Shown here: positions 15,155 through 28,513 of the stretch, in pieces
Numbering within the stretch: position 1 is the stretch's first letter
Layout of the letters: each line of letters opens with the position of its first letter
Assembly (NCBI GenBank): GCA_964247055.1
Contig: OZ176053.1
Span: forward strand, 5,828,001 to 5,892,000
DNA from: Paragordius varius
Taxonomy: Eukaryota > Animalia > Nematomorpha
Length of the DNA stretch: 64,000 nucleotides
Reading direction: 5' to 3'
The notes under the pieces: generated by a model
What the model saw: the letters and a program-made list of their open reading frames with translations, nothing else
Database searches by the model: none
What the model was told of the DNA's origin: nothing
Program-made: the position numbers and the translations under genes

Positions 15155-16900
15155 ATATTTATAAAAATGGAAAATGCTGGCTTGGTGAACTGTTTCCGGA
15201 AAAACGGTCAACCCACTCAAATCCAAATGTCGAAAAAATATAATCATTAATGAATGCCCCGACAATAGCTTCGCCCTTTTTTGAATTAGGCCCCCAGTTC
15301 GGGCCCACCCGTGTAAAAAACGGTTTTCTTAGAAAAAAGAAGTCCACAAAAATCGTGTCTTTGAGACAATTTCCGGAAAACGTGTTGTACCATTTGATTT
15401 CAAATATGATTTTTGTTTACGCATTTTCGATTGCGCCGAACATATTGGGCTCGCTTTTTTAATTTAGGCCTTCTTTTTACCCGCTTCCCCCGTATGCCAT
15501 TTTTTTCAAAAAACAAAGTCCACAAAAATAATTTTTTTAATCTATTTTTTGCCCAAGGTATGAGACCGTAAAAATTCAATAAGGATTCTACGTATTCCCT
15601 GTTAAAAGGCAAAAATTTTAGTCAAGCGTTTCTTTGATGATAGGTGCTGAGTAAGGGGCTACCGGCGAAAAAGTGACCCGTCATATCGTAGCATGCCTTT
15701 GGGACTAAATTTCAGAAAACCTATCAGGCCATATGAGTTCAATAGGTGGTACAACCCGTAACAAGGCAAAAATTTTTGTCGTGCGGTTTTTCAAAATTTA
15801 CCGTCAACTAGGTCCTTCACGCCCTGAAAAATGCGCCACCATAAAATGATTTTTCAGTTCTGAGGCAATTTTTCCAAAAACTAATGAGAGCATATGGAAT
15901 CACTCATGATTCCAGGCATTCTCCGTAAAAAGGCAAAAATAATAATTAAGCGCTTTTTTGTATCAGCCTCTGGGTAGGAAACTACCCGCATAAAACTGCG
16001 ACACCATATCAAATTTCCATTGTTTAGGAGTTAATTCAGAAAACTTACCAGGCCGCATAAGTTTCATAAGGGCCTAAAATATTACTCGTAAAAGGCAAAA
16101 ATTTTAGTAGAGCGGTTTTATTAAATTACCCCTTAATTAGGCCCCTGCCCTGAAAAAGCGCCTCCATAGAATGACTTTTTGGTTTTGAGACAATTTTTCG
16201 AAAATCCCACGAGAGCATATAGAATCCATCATGATTCGAGACCCGAATTAAGGCAAAAATTTTAATCAAGCGTTTTTTTGTTTCTCCCCTGGTTAAGAAA
16301 ACCCCGCGTACTGCGTGACCATATCGATACAGCATGCCTTTCAAATTTCAGAAAACCCATGATGTGAGTACAATAAGGGCCAAAAATATTTATTACACCT
16401 TAAAAAACAAATATTTTAGTATAGGGGGTTATTTTAATAAGTCGCTAAGTAAAGTTTTACGCCCTGAAAAATGCGCCGCCATAGAACAATTTTTTAGCTT
16501 TGAAGCAATATTTCCAAGAACATATGGGAACATATGGAATATATGATAATTCCAGACATTCCCCATAAAAGGCAAAAACTAACGCTTTGTTTATACCTGC
16601 CTATGGGTAAAGCTACCCGCCAAAAACTGCGCCGCTACATAGAAATTGCGTTGTTTTTGAGCTAATTTACAGAATATTTATGAAGCCATATGAGCTCATT
16701 AAAAGCTTGAAATATTACCCGTAACTAGGTAAAATTAAGGTCAGGCGTTTTTTATTAGCCGTTAATTTGGGGCCTTTATGCCATAAAAATAGCCATCATA
16801 TAAGGATTATTTATTGTTAAGGTATTTTTTCGAATAACCCATGAGACGATAATATCAATATTGATTCCAAATCTCCATAAGAACATATTACACTCAATAC
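15155..16900 (+). repeat. Dispersed repeat element with an internal array of ~160-bp diverged monomers arranged as A/B dimers
   Basis: AAGGCAAAAA(TTTT)...GCG recurs at ~15606, 15763, 15930, 16092, 16250, (16405), 16569 and 16725. Alternate monomers carry GCCCTGAAAAA(T)GCGCC or CTACCCGC..AAAACTGCG. An inverted, internally deleted copy lies at ~46500-47335. Confidence 0.8.
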
Positions 16901-16927
16901 AGTGATCAACTGCATCACAGGTTATGC

Positions 16928-16930
<3 letters not shown>

Positions 16931-16970
<40 letters not shown>
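16931..16970. repeat. (AT)20 microsatellite
   Basis: 40 bp of perfect AT repeat just right of the 160-bp array element. Confidence 0.95.
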
Positions 16971-16973
<3 letters not shown>

Positions 16974-18382
16974 GCATTAAAAATTTTATTTGTTAATTTT
17001 GAAAATTGCATACAATTTTGAGAAATGGCTCTCACAAATTGGAATATATACCACGAGATTGCGTTAAATATATATGATAATATTTAATTAATTATAAAAT
17101 ATAAATATAAATTAAAATAATATTTTATTATTTTAATTAATATTTATTGATGTTGGTTTCAAAAATTTAAGATATTTAATTAAACATTTTTCACACGTTT
17201 TAATTTTAATTTTTTTGTACTCATCCTAATTTGAATAATATGTTTTTATAGCATTTTTTGATAATATATTTTTTTTAAAAAATGTGCTTTTAGATAAAAA
17301 AAATTTAAGAATTGACACAAAACTAGTTAAAATTATGCTTTTTGCATACAAATCAGCATTTTGATATTACGTAAAAAATCTTTAATTATTTTTTCCAGAT
17401 TATTTTTATATTTAAAAAGGTTTGATTCACATTACATTTAAGCGTCCTTAAGATGGACTAAAACTAATTTTTATTACCGTATAAACGCATAATTTAAATA
17501 AATATGTTAAATATTTAGAAAATATTATAATGCATTTTCACCAATTTCATATTTATATAACATATTTAACTGAGACATGCAAATGCTAAAATTTAAATAT
17601 TGCTTTTGGGTTTGGGTTTGACTACTGTTTCTATGATATACCGTCTGTTCAAAATTTACCATTTATTATCAGTCATTACATGGCTTTAACAGTTTTACAT
17701 ATTTATAAGACTTTAAAATTTTTAATAATTTGGTATATATCAACGAGCCTTCATCATATTTATGCCATAATATATCGTAAATAATAAAATAAAATATTTT
17801 CAGCGTATCACATTCTTATTCATTTAGTGGCGTCTTTTATAATAGGGGGGTTTTTAATGTTTTTCTTGAGAACCACACTAAAAATATTAGTTTCGATAAA
17901 AAACTAAAAAATATATAGCAACTACTACGAATGATACGGAAACAGTGATGTTATTTTAAATTTATTATTAGGTCCAATATTCACCACTGAAAGTCATATT
18001 CTATAATATGCTTAGGTCAAATATTTGGTTATGACCTGGTTAGTAAGAAGATCGACTTGGCCAACAGAAGAAAAATCAAATAATTTTTAACAATAAATAC
18101 AAATTTAAATCAAATTTCAAACTTTTCATAGATACGGAATTTCGTGAATCGGGCTAATTTACAACAAATAGGTTTTATGTAGGAACAGGATTTACATCTC
18201 ACAACCCTGGTAAAAATCTAAAGAGCATCCTAAAAACTATCATTTAAATTTATCAAAAATTATATTATTAAAAATCAAAATTTTAAAAATTGAGCTTTAA
18301 AAGTCTCACATTCTTTGAATCCGCTCAAAATGGTTCTTAAATTAAAGGATAACGCCGAGATTGTGCGATTAAAATTTTCAAT

Positions 18383-18652
18383 ATATACCATTTACAGTTC
18401 AGATTCACCCTAAAATAAATTTTGTTTTTTTAAAAGTTAAAAATTACCTATATTTTTTAATATTTTTAAAATACGAAATTCTGTTTAAAAATAATAAAAT
18501 GCTAAAAATAAACTATGTAGTAAAAATTTATTTCATATTAATGATGAGTTGCATTAGCCTAAAAACAGATAATGTTTTAGAGTAATTTGAAATGTTCAAG
18601 TGTGAATTCGAATTGTTGGAGTGGAGGGTGGATTTGAATTGTAAATGGTATG
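18383..18652. mobile_element. MITE family A copy 2
   Basis: atataccatttacagttcagattcaccc ... gggtggatttgaattgtaaatggtat; body matches copy 1 in the same orientation. Confidence 0.82.
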
Positions 18653-20202
18653 TGCTAAATTTAAACATAAAAAAGTTATCCAAATAGATATTTAGCTTAG
18701 AAATTTTATTTATAGTAAAATTATGGTAGAGCGAGATTTTTATTTTAAAGCATGGTGGAAACGGTATGATAACGCTTCAAGATATTACACTGCATTTTAA
18801 ATTGGGCGGGAAATAAACGGATAAAAATAATATATCATGATAATAAATAAATGTTTGAGGATTTTGATCCTTGTTTTGGGACTAAGTGATATAAGAAAAT
18901 TATTTGCTTTTTTTGTGATAATTGATCGATATCAGAATTGGGCACACTATATCAAATAATTTTTTTTAATAAAATATATTGTAAAATATATGTTGTATTA
19001 TATTTAAAAGCAAAACAATATTTTATATAAACTTAAATTTTTAGAATTCCAAAAGTAATGGGCTAGTTCTCTCAAATAAATGTAAAAATACTGTGATTTC
19101 ATATATGCTAGATCAGGTACCCACCAAAATTTTTAAAGGGGCCGCAAAAATATTTATCCTGTCTCACGGGCCGTGCACTATATAATATGGATAATTCCAT
19201 AGCTGTATACAGATATTTATACTCAAAATATTCAGGGCCACAAAAATTACTTTTGGGGCATGCCAGTGTACCAGATTATGGCATAAATAAATATATTTTT
19301 TAAAATGTATAATTTGATCAAAAGTTTTATTTTTGGCAATTTGTTGAATATTTTATACTGTTTGAGTGATGGAAATGGCACAAAACCACTTTTTCCATTA
19401 AATTCCATAATTCTGGAAATTTTTATTTTAATATAAAGGTTATGCTTTTGTAATTTGGTGAATATTTGTAAAAAATAATTTCTATAACATAAATTAGTAG
19501 ACGAACCGAATGTGTATTTTATAAAATTCTGAGGTTTCAAAATGTTCACTCTTGAATTATATTGCAAGTATTTTTATAATATTTTAAAACCTATTTATAC
19601 CGTTTTTTTCCGCCTCTAATATTTAGTGTTGATATGAAACATACACCATAATTTTAAGTAAGCTGTACTAATTTTGCGATATCGAACAATTGTTACCTAA
19701 CTAAAACCATAAGCAACATGAGAATCCTGATACATTTGTATATCACAAAAAACATTTTATCACTATTCCTTTAGCCCCGATTTTGTGCATTTAACGAAAG
19801 CATAAATTATTATATATATTTTTATGTAACATTTTTCTTTATATGGTGGTTGTTTAGATTCATGCATATTATATATATGCCCTCTATGGATTTCTATTCC
19901 AAACTATTAAAATATATAAAATTTAAAAATATCTGAATCACATTAACTTTCAAGACATTTTATGGTTTACCAACGGTTTTGACAATTATCGATTTTAAAA
20001 TCCACGTCATTAATTATATTTGGGAATAATGCGAATTCAAAAGATATAAGCTGCAAAACCGCAAAATAAAAATATATATTTATTTTGTTAATATTATTTT
20101 AAGATTAAAACTGAAAAAACATTCTTAGCATCTAATAAATGGCACTAAATTCATCGTTTCGTTAAATCAGAAATAAAACGCCTGTAAAATTGAAAGTTTG
20201 AA

Positions 20203-23200
20203 ATGGTAAAGCTCACTGAAGAAGTCATGGCAAGCTTTAAAATTGCCAAAGTTTTTAAAGAAAATACTGAAAAAATTAATTGTATAAACTTCTCTAATAA
20301 TGGGGAAATGCTTATAACTAGTAGTGATGATGATTCCATAATTATATATGATAGCCCCAGCGGAACGTATATATAAATTTTGATTAAATATTTTTAAAGC
20401 ATTTTTTAATATAAAAATTTTATTTTAATATTTGTATAGAATTAAACAAACCTTACATAGCAAAAAATATGGTGTAGATCTTATAACATGTACCCATCAT
20501 CCTAATGCCGCCTTACATGCATCAACGAAAATTGATGGTAATTTTTATAACTTTAATTATCTATTAATCTATTGTGAATAGACCATATTCTATTATAATA
20601 TTAGACACTATCCGATACTTATCCCTAAACGACAATAAATATATCCGATATTTTACTGGTCACACCAAAAAGTATATCAAATACCGATTTTAAAATATAG
20701 GGTCGTATCATTAAATATGTCTCCTATTGATGATACCTTTCTATCCGGATCTCTTGATAAAACTATACGCCTTTGGGACTTGAGATCGCCTTCTTGTCAG
20801 GTTGTTGTTATTATAATATATACATAGTTACCCTAAACCTTTTTTTGAGGTGACTGTATAATCAATTTGTTTTATGATGGTAAAATTTAATTTGATGTAA
20901 CTTTATACTAAATAAAATTCCGAAAATATTAAGCGGTTATATATCTTTGGTGTTCTATTGATTAATATTTCTAATAAAATGCGGAAAATTTAATTAAAAT
21001 ATATAGATTTATTACATAATAAAAGTATCAAGTTGTTGTTCTCTTTAGTCTGAAAATTAAAATTAATTTTAAATATTTTTCCCCAAGAAGCCGATTACTT
21101 TTTCCGATATATTATTTGAAAAAAAAACGACCTAACAAATAATTACGAAATATTCTTTCGTGTTTTGAGAGATTTTATTCATCCCACTCTATCTCCTTTC
21201 ATTACATGTGTGACTAATTTTATACATATAATTTTCTATTTCTAGGGTCTCATGCATTTACCGGGACGACCTGTTTGTGCTTTTGACCCCGAAGGCCTTA
21301 TATTTGCGGCGGGCATGAATTCAGAATCCATAAAGCTTTATGATTTACGATCTTTCGATAAGGGTCCTTTTAACACTTTCCACCTACCTCAAGATAAGGA
21401 ATGCGATTGGACTGGACTCAAATTTAGTCCTGACGGAAAATATATTTGCATATCTACTAATGGTCAAGTTATACACCTTATAGATGCCTTCATTGGGACA
21501 CCGTTGCAAAATTTTACAGTTTATTTTTTTTTGTAACTTTATGTATGGGTAGAGTTAAAATATTAAAAGAACTTAACTTTAATATTTTTATAAGTTTGGT
21601 GGGGGATCATGGATAAATTATATATATTTAAAGAAGTGATTCATATTAATAACAATTTTTTATGTGTTCAACGCTTACTTTATAATAAATTATTTTGTAT
21701 TTTTGGGATCAAGTAATCTATAAAGGGTCATATTAAAAAATTTAACCTTCCATATGCATTTGTGTTGTTTAAAATTTTAAAGCCATTAGATGTTTTGAAT
21801 TTGTGATATTATATTTAATTAGGTTGATCCTATTTAACAATAGCCTTATGTTTTACAAAAGGTTTTTGTTATCAAAATTGAAGTTCTTATTGGATGCTTA
21901 AGTCCCATAATTTAGATTGCAGTGCTCATTTTATAAACATTAATATTTTACTTATGATTACTTTTATAAAAGTACACTAAATTTATTAAAATTATGATAG
22001 ATTTGTATGAATAACATTGCATAAAAATTTCAAAAATAATTTCCATGAAATCAATTATTATTTTTTGTTTTCTTTATATCAAATTTGTAAAATAATTATA
22101 TCGATACAAGTATTTTTTATATAGGGATATATAAACAACAAAGGCACCCCTTTAGAAGCTTCATTTAGCCCTGATGCGCAATTCGTTATATCCGGTAAAG
22201 TTTTTTGATATAAAAATTTAAATATTCATATAATAGTTCCATTAATAGTCGTTGAATTTTAATTTTATACACATAAGTGTATAATTAAAATATCTATAAT
22301 ACACAAATGATGATTTACGCAATATCATACAATTTGTTATGTAAAATGGTTTCAAAAAAAATTCTTTCACTTATAACAGGGGTGTCACAGGGTACTCGCG
22401 AACCACTAGGGGCTCATTGAAAATTTTGAAAAAAAATTTTTTTTAAAAAAAAATAATTTCTATTTTTTTAAACATTTTTTATATGTAAATTATGCATTTT
22501 TATTTTGACATTAAAATTATTTTTAGAAACTTTTAATAAAATTTTTTATTAAAAATATCTATCATCGCATTCATTTAATCATTTATAAAACACATTTTTT
22601 CCTGAATGTTATTTCCAACTTCAAGATGATAACTTTCACATTAAATTAAAACATTAAATTACTTGCAAAAAATAGGTATTTAAAAAATTTATTTAGCTTT
22701 CAATATGCATAAATCTAAAAAAGTAACTAGAAAATACAATCCCGATTGGGAATTAAAATATGGGTTTACTCGAATTTTCAACAAAGCGGAGTGCCTTATT
22801 TGCAAATTTACGAGGTTTTTGCGAATGGATGGATAATTTTAGGACTCCATATTCGGAGTTTTGTATCCACGAAGTAGTTTCCTCCATAAATTACGATCTT
22901 TACATTGTTCTGTGGAAAGGCTACGTTGATTCAAGTCCATTTTTATATTATCATTATAAGAAAAGAGTGGTCCTCCCTTTCTTCTATTGCCATCAACATT
23001 AATGTTATCAACAGTTTTTAAATGATGGGTGGCGTCTCTTCTCTGAGTATGACCGTAGAGACGCAATCTGTTTGTTTGAATTTTCTTTGATGAAAATTGG
23101 TATTTCTGGTGTACGAAAGCAGCTTTTGAGTATTCGATTCTCACTGGTTAGGAGTTTTGTTTGATTTGTTTTGTTTAATGCCCAGGTTTCAGAACCATAG

Positions 23201-26200
23201 GTAAGAGCAGGTCTTATTCCTGCCTTGTAAAGATACCATTTATTACGATTGTTAACATTTTTGTTTTGGAAAACATATTTTAATTTATTATATTTTATCC
23301 AACCTTGTAGTATTCTTCTTTTGATAACCTTTTGTGGGCTTCCCTGAGATGATATGACATCTCCTAGGTATACGAAAGAGTCAACCAATTCGATGTCATG
23401 TCCATCAATGTTAAGTAGCTTTGGTCGATTAAAATTATTATTGTTTGGGTCTAAGCATTTTAAGCATTTAAAATTTATTACATTTGTTAATTTGTCTTTT
23501 ATTTTAGAGCACTTTTTGTGTACCCACTTTTGACATGATATGCATTTAATAGAATTTGAACCTACTTCCTTACTGCAAATGGAACAGGGGTATCTGGTGT
23601 TTCACTTTCACCCGTTATTATTTTTGTTTTTGTGGCGTTTATGATCATTCCATATTGTTCAAGGCATTTCTTCCACTTGGTATAGTTATTTACCAGTTGA
23701 TCCCATGATCGTGTCGTTATTACGAGGTCGTCGGCGAATAACATTTCCCAAGGGCATTCACTTCTTATGTCTTGCGTTGCCGCATCCATTATAGTAATAA
23801 AAAGGAGTGGACTTAGGACTGAACCCTGATGTAGTCCAGCGTTTGTTGGGAAATTGTTTGTATTGCCAATATTGGTTCTAACGTTGGTTGTTGTATATTT
23901 ATAGAGTAGTAATAAAATTTGTATAGTATGTTCTTCTATTCCCTTTTTACGTAGTGCCCATTGAATTGTAGAGCGTGGTATTTGGTCAAACGCACGTTCC
24001 AAACCTACAAAGACATGGTATAGCTTTTGTTTCTTTTCCAGATAATTTTCTTGTAAGCGTCTTAGGATGAACAAGGGATTAATTGAGCTACTGTTTGAAC
24101 GGAATGCAAACTGATTTGAATCTAAGTTTATAAGTTTTCTCAGCCTGTTTTCTAAAATATTTTCGAATATTTTCAGTGTGTGTTCCAGAAGTTTTAAAGG
24201 TCGGTAGGACGATGTTTTTAAACGATCGCCTTTATTTTTATAAATGGGGATTATTATGCTGTTTTTCCAATCGTTGGGAGTTTAGTTTGTAATTATTATT
24301 TGGTTAAAGAGTTTTGTCAGATACTCTGCAGTGTTTTTGAAGGGTCGAATGAGGTCGACTGAAAGGCTGCTTGGGCCTGGAGCTTTGTTACTTTTTAATT
24401 TATTGATTGCAGTTGTGACTTCATCTATGGTGATTTCTTGTATGGGACCAGCTACTGGTGAAACTATGCTAATTTGTTTGGTCGGGTTTAAGCTACTGGT
24501 GAAACTATGCTAATTTGTTTGGTCGAATTTACTTGGTTGAGTTGTTTTTCTAAGTTGGTTTTCCAAATTTCTTTGACTTTCGAGGGATTCGTTATTATAT
24601 TATCATTATCATCTTTAATACATTTTATGGTTTTAACATCTGTATTACTATTGTTAAGGTTTTTGAGTCTTTTAAAAATCGTTTGGTTTTTAAAGTCTTT
24701 TTCTAAACTTTTAGCGATTTTAACGGATTTTTCATTCATAGCGTGTCGAATGGCTTTTTGGACCTCTCGTTTTTTGTCATCATAAACTTTTTTATCATCA
24801 TTATTTTTCGAGCTTTTCCACTTTTTATATGCTTCGCCTTTTTCACGCAACAATGGTTTTATTTCATTTTTCCACCACCAGCTTTTCCGTTGCCTCATTG
24901 GTTTAGTAAAGCCACAATGTATTTTAGCAGATGTTAGAATTGTGCTTTTAAAATTTTTCCATAGAGTTTCAACATTGTTTTGTTCGGGAAGATGTAACTC
25001 TGTGTTTTTGGTATATTCGGTTAATAATTTTGAATCCTTTAACTTTGCTATATTTATTTTTTGGGGTTGGAACGCGGTCTTACGGCTTTTCTCAATGATT
25101 AGAAATGCTGTTATTAGCTTGTGTTGATAGGAGGGTTGATAGTAAGTTTTGATGTTTGTTAAATGTTTCCTACTGTTTTTGGGAATTAATATGAAGTTTA
25201 TCATAGATGAGTGATCACCAGAATTATAAGTTATATGCTGGTTGGTTTTTTTCTTAAAATGGGTATTTGCGACTATGAGTTGATTTGCAATGCAAAAGTC
25301 TAGCAAACTCTCGCCCATCTTATCGAGGGTTCCGACGCCATTTCCACCATGCACGCCATGGTATTCATTACTATCATTATTAATATGGCAATTAAAATCA
25401 CCACCAACAAAGGTTTGTTCGCTAGAAGAAGTTTTGTTCATCAAATCATAGAGGGCTTCCCAATATTCGTTTTTTGATGCTTCGCTTAGACCAGATTGTG
25501 GTGCGTAAGTTGAAACTATATTTATTACATTATCATTCATCAATATTTTTATTTGAATCATTCTTGGATTATGTCTTATTACATCAATTATGTTATCACG
25601 ATAGATGTTTTTTATGAAAATCGCAACACCACCTTGTCCCTTGTCATTTCCTTTATAATAATGTATAATCGTCTAAGTTTTTCAATCCATCTCCTTTCAA
25701 TCTGGCCTCTTGGATGCAACATATATCTATATTGTTATGGCTAAGAGTGTTTGTTACCATTAATATTTTGTTAACTAGGGTACCCACATTCCATGTGGCA
25801 AATTTCAGAACTGTTTTATTATTATTACTAACGGTATTATTTATTTTCATAGTTATTTTGGTAATTATTATTATTCAAAGTATATATCAAAAAAATATAG
25901 TGTATAAAAGTGTAAATAGGAAATATTATCAAAATAATTATTATCATAAGTTGAATTATTATTGTTATTTGAGATGTTGATAAGGTTTTAGTGTTCTTTC
26001 ATATTCATATTCATATTATTATACTTCATGGTTTATTGAGGCAATTTTTTACGTAACACATGCCCTTGTGTACAACTAAAATTTTTACAGATCATTAGAA
26101 AACTGGCCTTTGCCGTTAGCGCATTTGAATATAATTTAAAAAAGACATGCCAATACCATGCATTTGGATTTTATTTATATAACTACAGAAATGAAAATAA

Positions 26201-28513
26201 TAAAATTAGAATTTTTAAAAAATATTAATCTCCAACCAACAATTTCATTCACGCAACCTTATCCGATAGTAAAGGCAAGTTATATTGTTGCCAATTTACG
26301 CCAAAAAATAAAGCCTTATTCTGATGGTGAGTTTGTTAAGGGATGCGTACTGGAAATTATAAAAGGTGTTTTGCCTAATAAATTTGAATTAATATTCAGT
26401 ATAAGTCTTTCGCGCAATACTATGTTTTGACGAATTACAGACATCGCAGAAGAAATTCAACTTTCCCTAAAAACAGAATTCAAAATTTTGTGGCGTTTTC
26501 CTTGTCATTTGATGAAAGCACAGATATAAGTAACATATCACAATTGGTAGTCTTTATTCGAGGGATAAATGAATTTTTTAATATAACAGAAGATATGTTA
26601 GGCTTACTTCCGATGAAATATACAACTAAGGGAGATGATATGTTTCATGCAATTTTAAAATGTATTGAGGACAATAAATTGAATATGAGGGCGCTCTCTT
26701 GTTTGACAACCGATGGTGCCCCAGCTATGATGGGAAAAAACAAGGGAACCGTGAAATTATTGTTAAATAAGATGGAATCCGATGGTATTAATATTGACCG
26801 TATATATAATACATTGCATGATTCACCGTGAAAATCTCTGAGCACATGCTCTGACAATGGACAATGTTATGACCGTTGTTATTAAAGTAGTTAATTTAAT
26901 AAAATCTCGTTGAAGCATAGGCAGTTTAAGGAGTTATTAAAAGAAATTCATTCAGAATATAGAGATCTTATATTTCTTTCAAATGTAAGGTGGCTTAGTC
27001 GAGGAAATTTCTAAAAAGGTTTTATTATTTATTAAAAGAAATAAATATATTTCTATTGCAGAATAATTATTTGGTAGAGGAATTAATAAATGAAGATTGG
27101 TTGTCAGATTTATGCTTTTCCGCAGATATTACCGAAAAACTAAATCAATTAAATGAATCTGCAAAAGCAAGATAATTTAATTGTTGATGCGAATAACCAT
27201 ATTAAAGCGTTAAAATTGACGTTATTTGAATGCCATTAAAAAAAATAATGCTGAACATCCATAATTGAATAGATTTAAAGCTAATAAAAATAACGATTTT
27301 TCAAAATATGCAGATCAAATTAACATTTTATCAAAAGCTTTTAATAATCGATACGGGGATATGACAACATATGAAAAAATATTTGATTTATTTTGTTGTC
27401 CATACTAGGTTGAAGCTATCAACGCTCCTATAAATTTACAAATGGAATTACTAGATTCGCAATCCAATAATGAATTAAAATTTTATTTGGGCAAACAAAT
27501 AAAATTGAATTTTATAAAAAAATATATAACGTTTGATAAATTTCCTAATTTAAAATTTTTTGCATAAAGATCAATTTGTGCTTTTGGGTCACTTATCTTT
27601 GTGAAAGTTTTTTTTCAAAAATGAAATACACCAAATGTATTTTACGTTCTTTATTAACTGATGAAAACTTGAATGAATTGAGATGTGCTGTATCAAATAT
27701 TGATATAGATCTGAATAAATTAAGCAAAAATATTACAAAACAAATATCCCATTAAAAATGTAATTATGCAATGAAAGTATTTATTACTTTGTTTATTAGA
27801 TAAAAAAAGGTTACATTTTGGCGATTAAATTTGCCACAGTCTAATCTAGTCATACTATCGAATTGCAATAACATATCCATGTATTTTTATCTTTTTTTTA
27901 CACATTGATATATTTTAATTAGCAAAGCATTATTATATTTAAAATGTTTATTTTTTTTGATATGAAAATTAGCACATCTATATGTTAATATTATAAATTT
28001 ATTTGTTACCAATGTCTTGATATATATAAATAAAAAGTGGCTCTTTGGAATTTTGAGGTCGAAAAGGTGGCTCTTCAAGCCATTTGTGTTGGACACCCCT
28101 GACTTATAATATTAGTTAATATAATTTGCTCTGATCATTAATTATTTTATTAGGTTCTTCGGATGGTAAATTACATGTATGGAAAACCGAAACGGGAGAT
28201 CATTTGGCAACTTTGATTGGAGATCCCAGTTCAACCCTACAATGCGTTCAATTTAATCCGAAATACATGCTTTTAGCTACCGCTTGTACAACTATGGTAT
28301 GATAGTTTTTTTATTTTATAAAATATTTTATTTTCAATAAATATTTCAAAAATTTCGGTAATTTTTCCAATTATATTGTTAATGGTTATAAAATTAGTGA
28401 TAAATTAACGGGTAAATATATGAAAATAATCATTTCGTTTCTTGTTACATGTATTTTAACATTTCATTCTCCTACTATTTTAGAGTTTTTGGTTACCATC
28501 GATCGAAGAATAA
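20203..28513 (+). CDS. WDR82: WD repeat-containing protein 82 (Swd2; SET1/COMPASS and PNUTS-PP1 subunit), 8 exons, 314 aa
   Basis: Exons 20203-20366, 20440-20537, 20605-20671, 20701-20800, 21246-21518, 22125-22194, 28154-28296 and 28484-28513 (945 nt, all GT-AG, in frame). Translation includes [70 protein letters not shown] and SFWLPSIEE*, matching the WDR82 sequence I recall along its full length. Confidence 0.96.
22705..27755 (+). pseudogene. hAT transposase pseudogene interrupted by a LINE
   Basis: MHKSKK...AECLICK (BED finger), then after the LINE ...[63 protein letters not shown] and a C-terminal [14 protein letters not shown]-like dimerisation segment. Multiple stops and frameshifts. 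Confidence 0.92.
22810..26108 (-). mobile_element. RTE-clade LINE, near full length (~3.3 kb), APE endonuclease + reverse transcriptase, frameshifted
   Basis: ORF pieces 25850-25653 ([14 protein letters not shown]), 25561-24488 ([15 protein letters not shown]), 24074-23562 ([20 protein letters not shown]), 23388-23008 (FVYLGD) and 23144-22839. No separate ORF1. Boundaries inferred from where the host transposase frame breaks and resumes (shared TTT). Confidence 0.9.

Larger units (their letters stand above)
22377..28101 (+). mobile_element. hAT DNA transposon (SPIN/Charlie/GTF2IRD2-like), degenerate, in WDR82 intron 6
   Basis: Termini CAGGGGTGTC (22377) and GACACCCCTG (28101); perfect 8-bp TSD ACTTATAA at 22369-22376 and 28102-28109; subterminal GTGGCTCT repeats. 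Confidence 0.93.

Noticed and set aside
15159-16546. Cluster of 60-72 aa ORFs, with similar ORFs at 47178-47670
   Set aside because: They are chance frames in two copies of a non-coding repeat. The frames are not preserved between copies and show no protein motifs.
15600-16900. Regularly spaced repeats as a possible CRISPR-like array
   Set aside because: The monomers are similar along their whole length (no unique spacers), there are no cas genes, and the context is spliced eukaryotic DNA. The same applies to the 21-bp MITE subrepeats.
19115-19280. GC-rich patch with GGGCCGC motifs resembling a hAT MITE
   Set aside because: No matching TIR pair or TSD could be defined, so it is left unannotated.
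26158-27755. Domesticated GTF2IRD2/ZBED-like host gene
   Set aside because: Multiple stops and frameshifts, a LINE insertion, and intact TIRs and TSD show it is a dead transposon.
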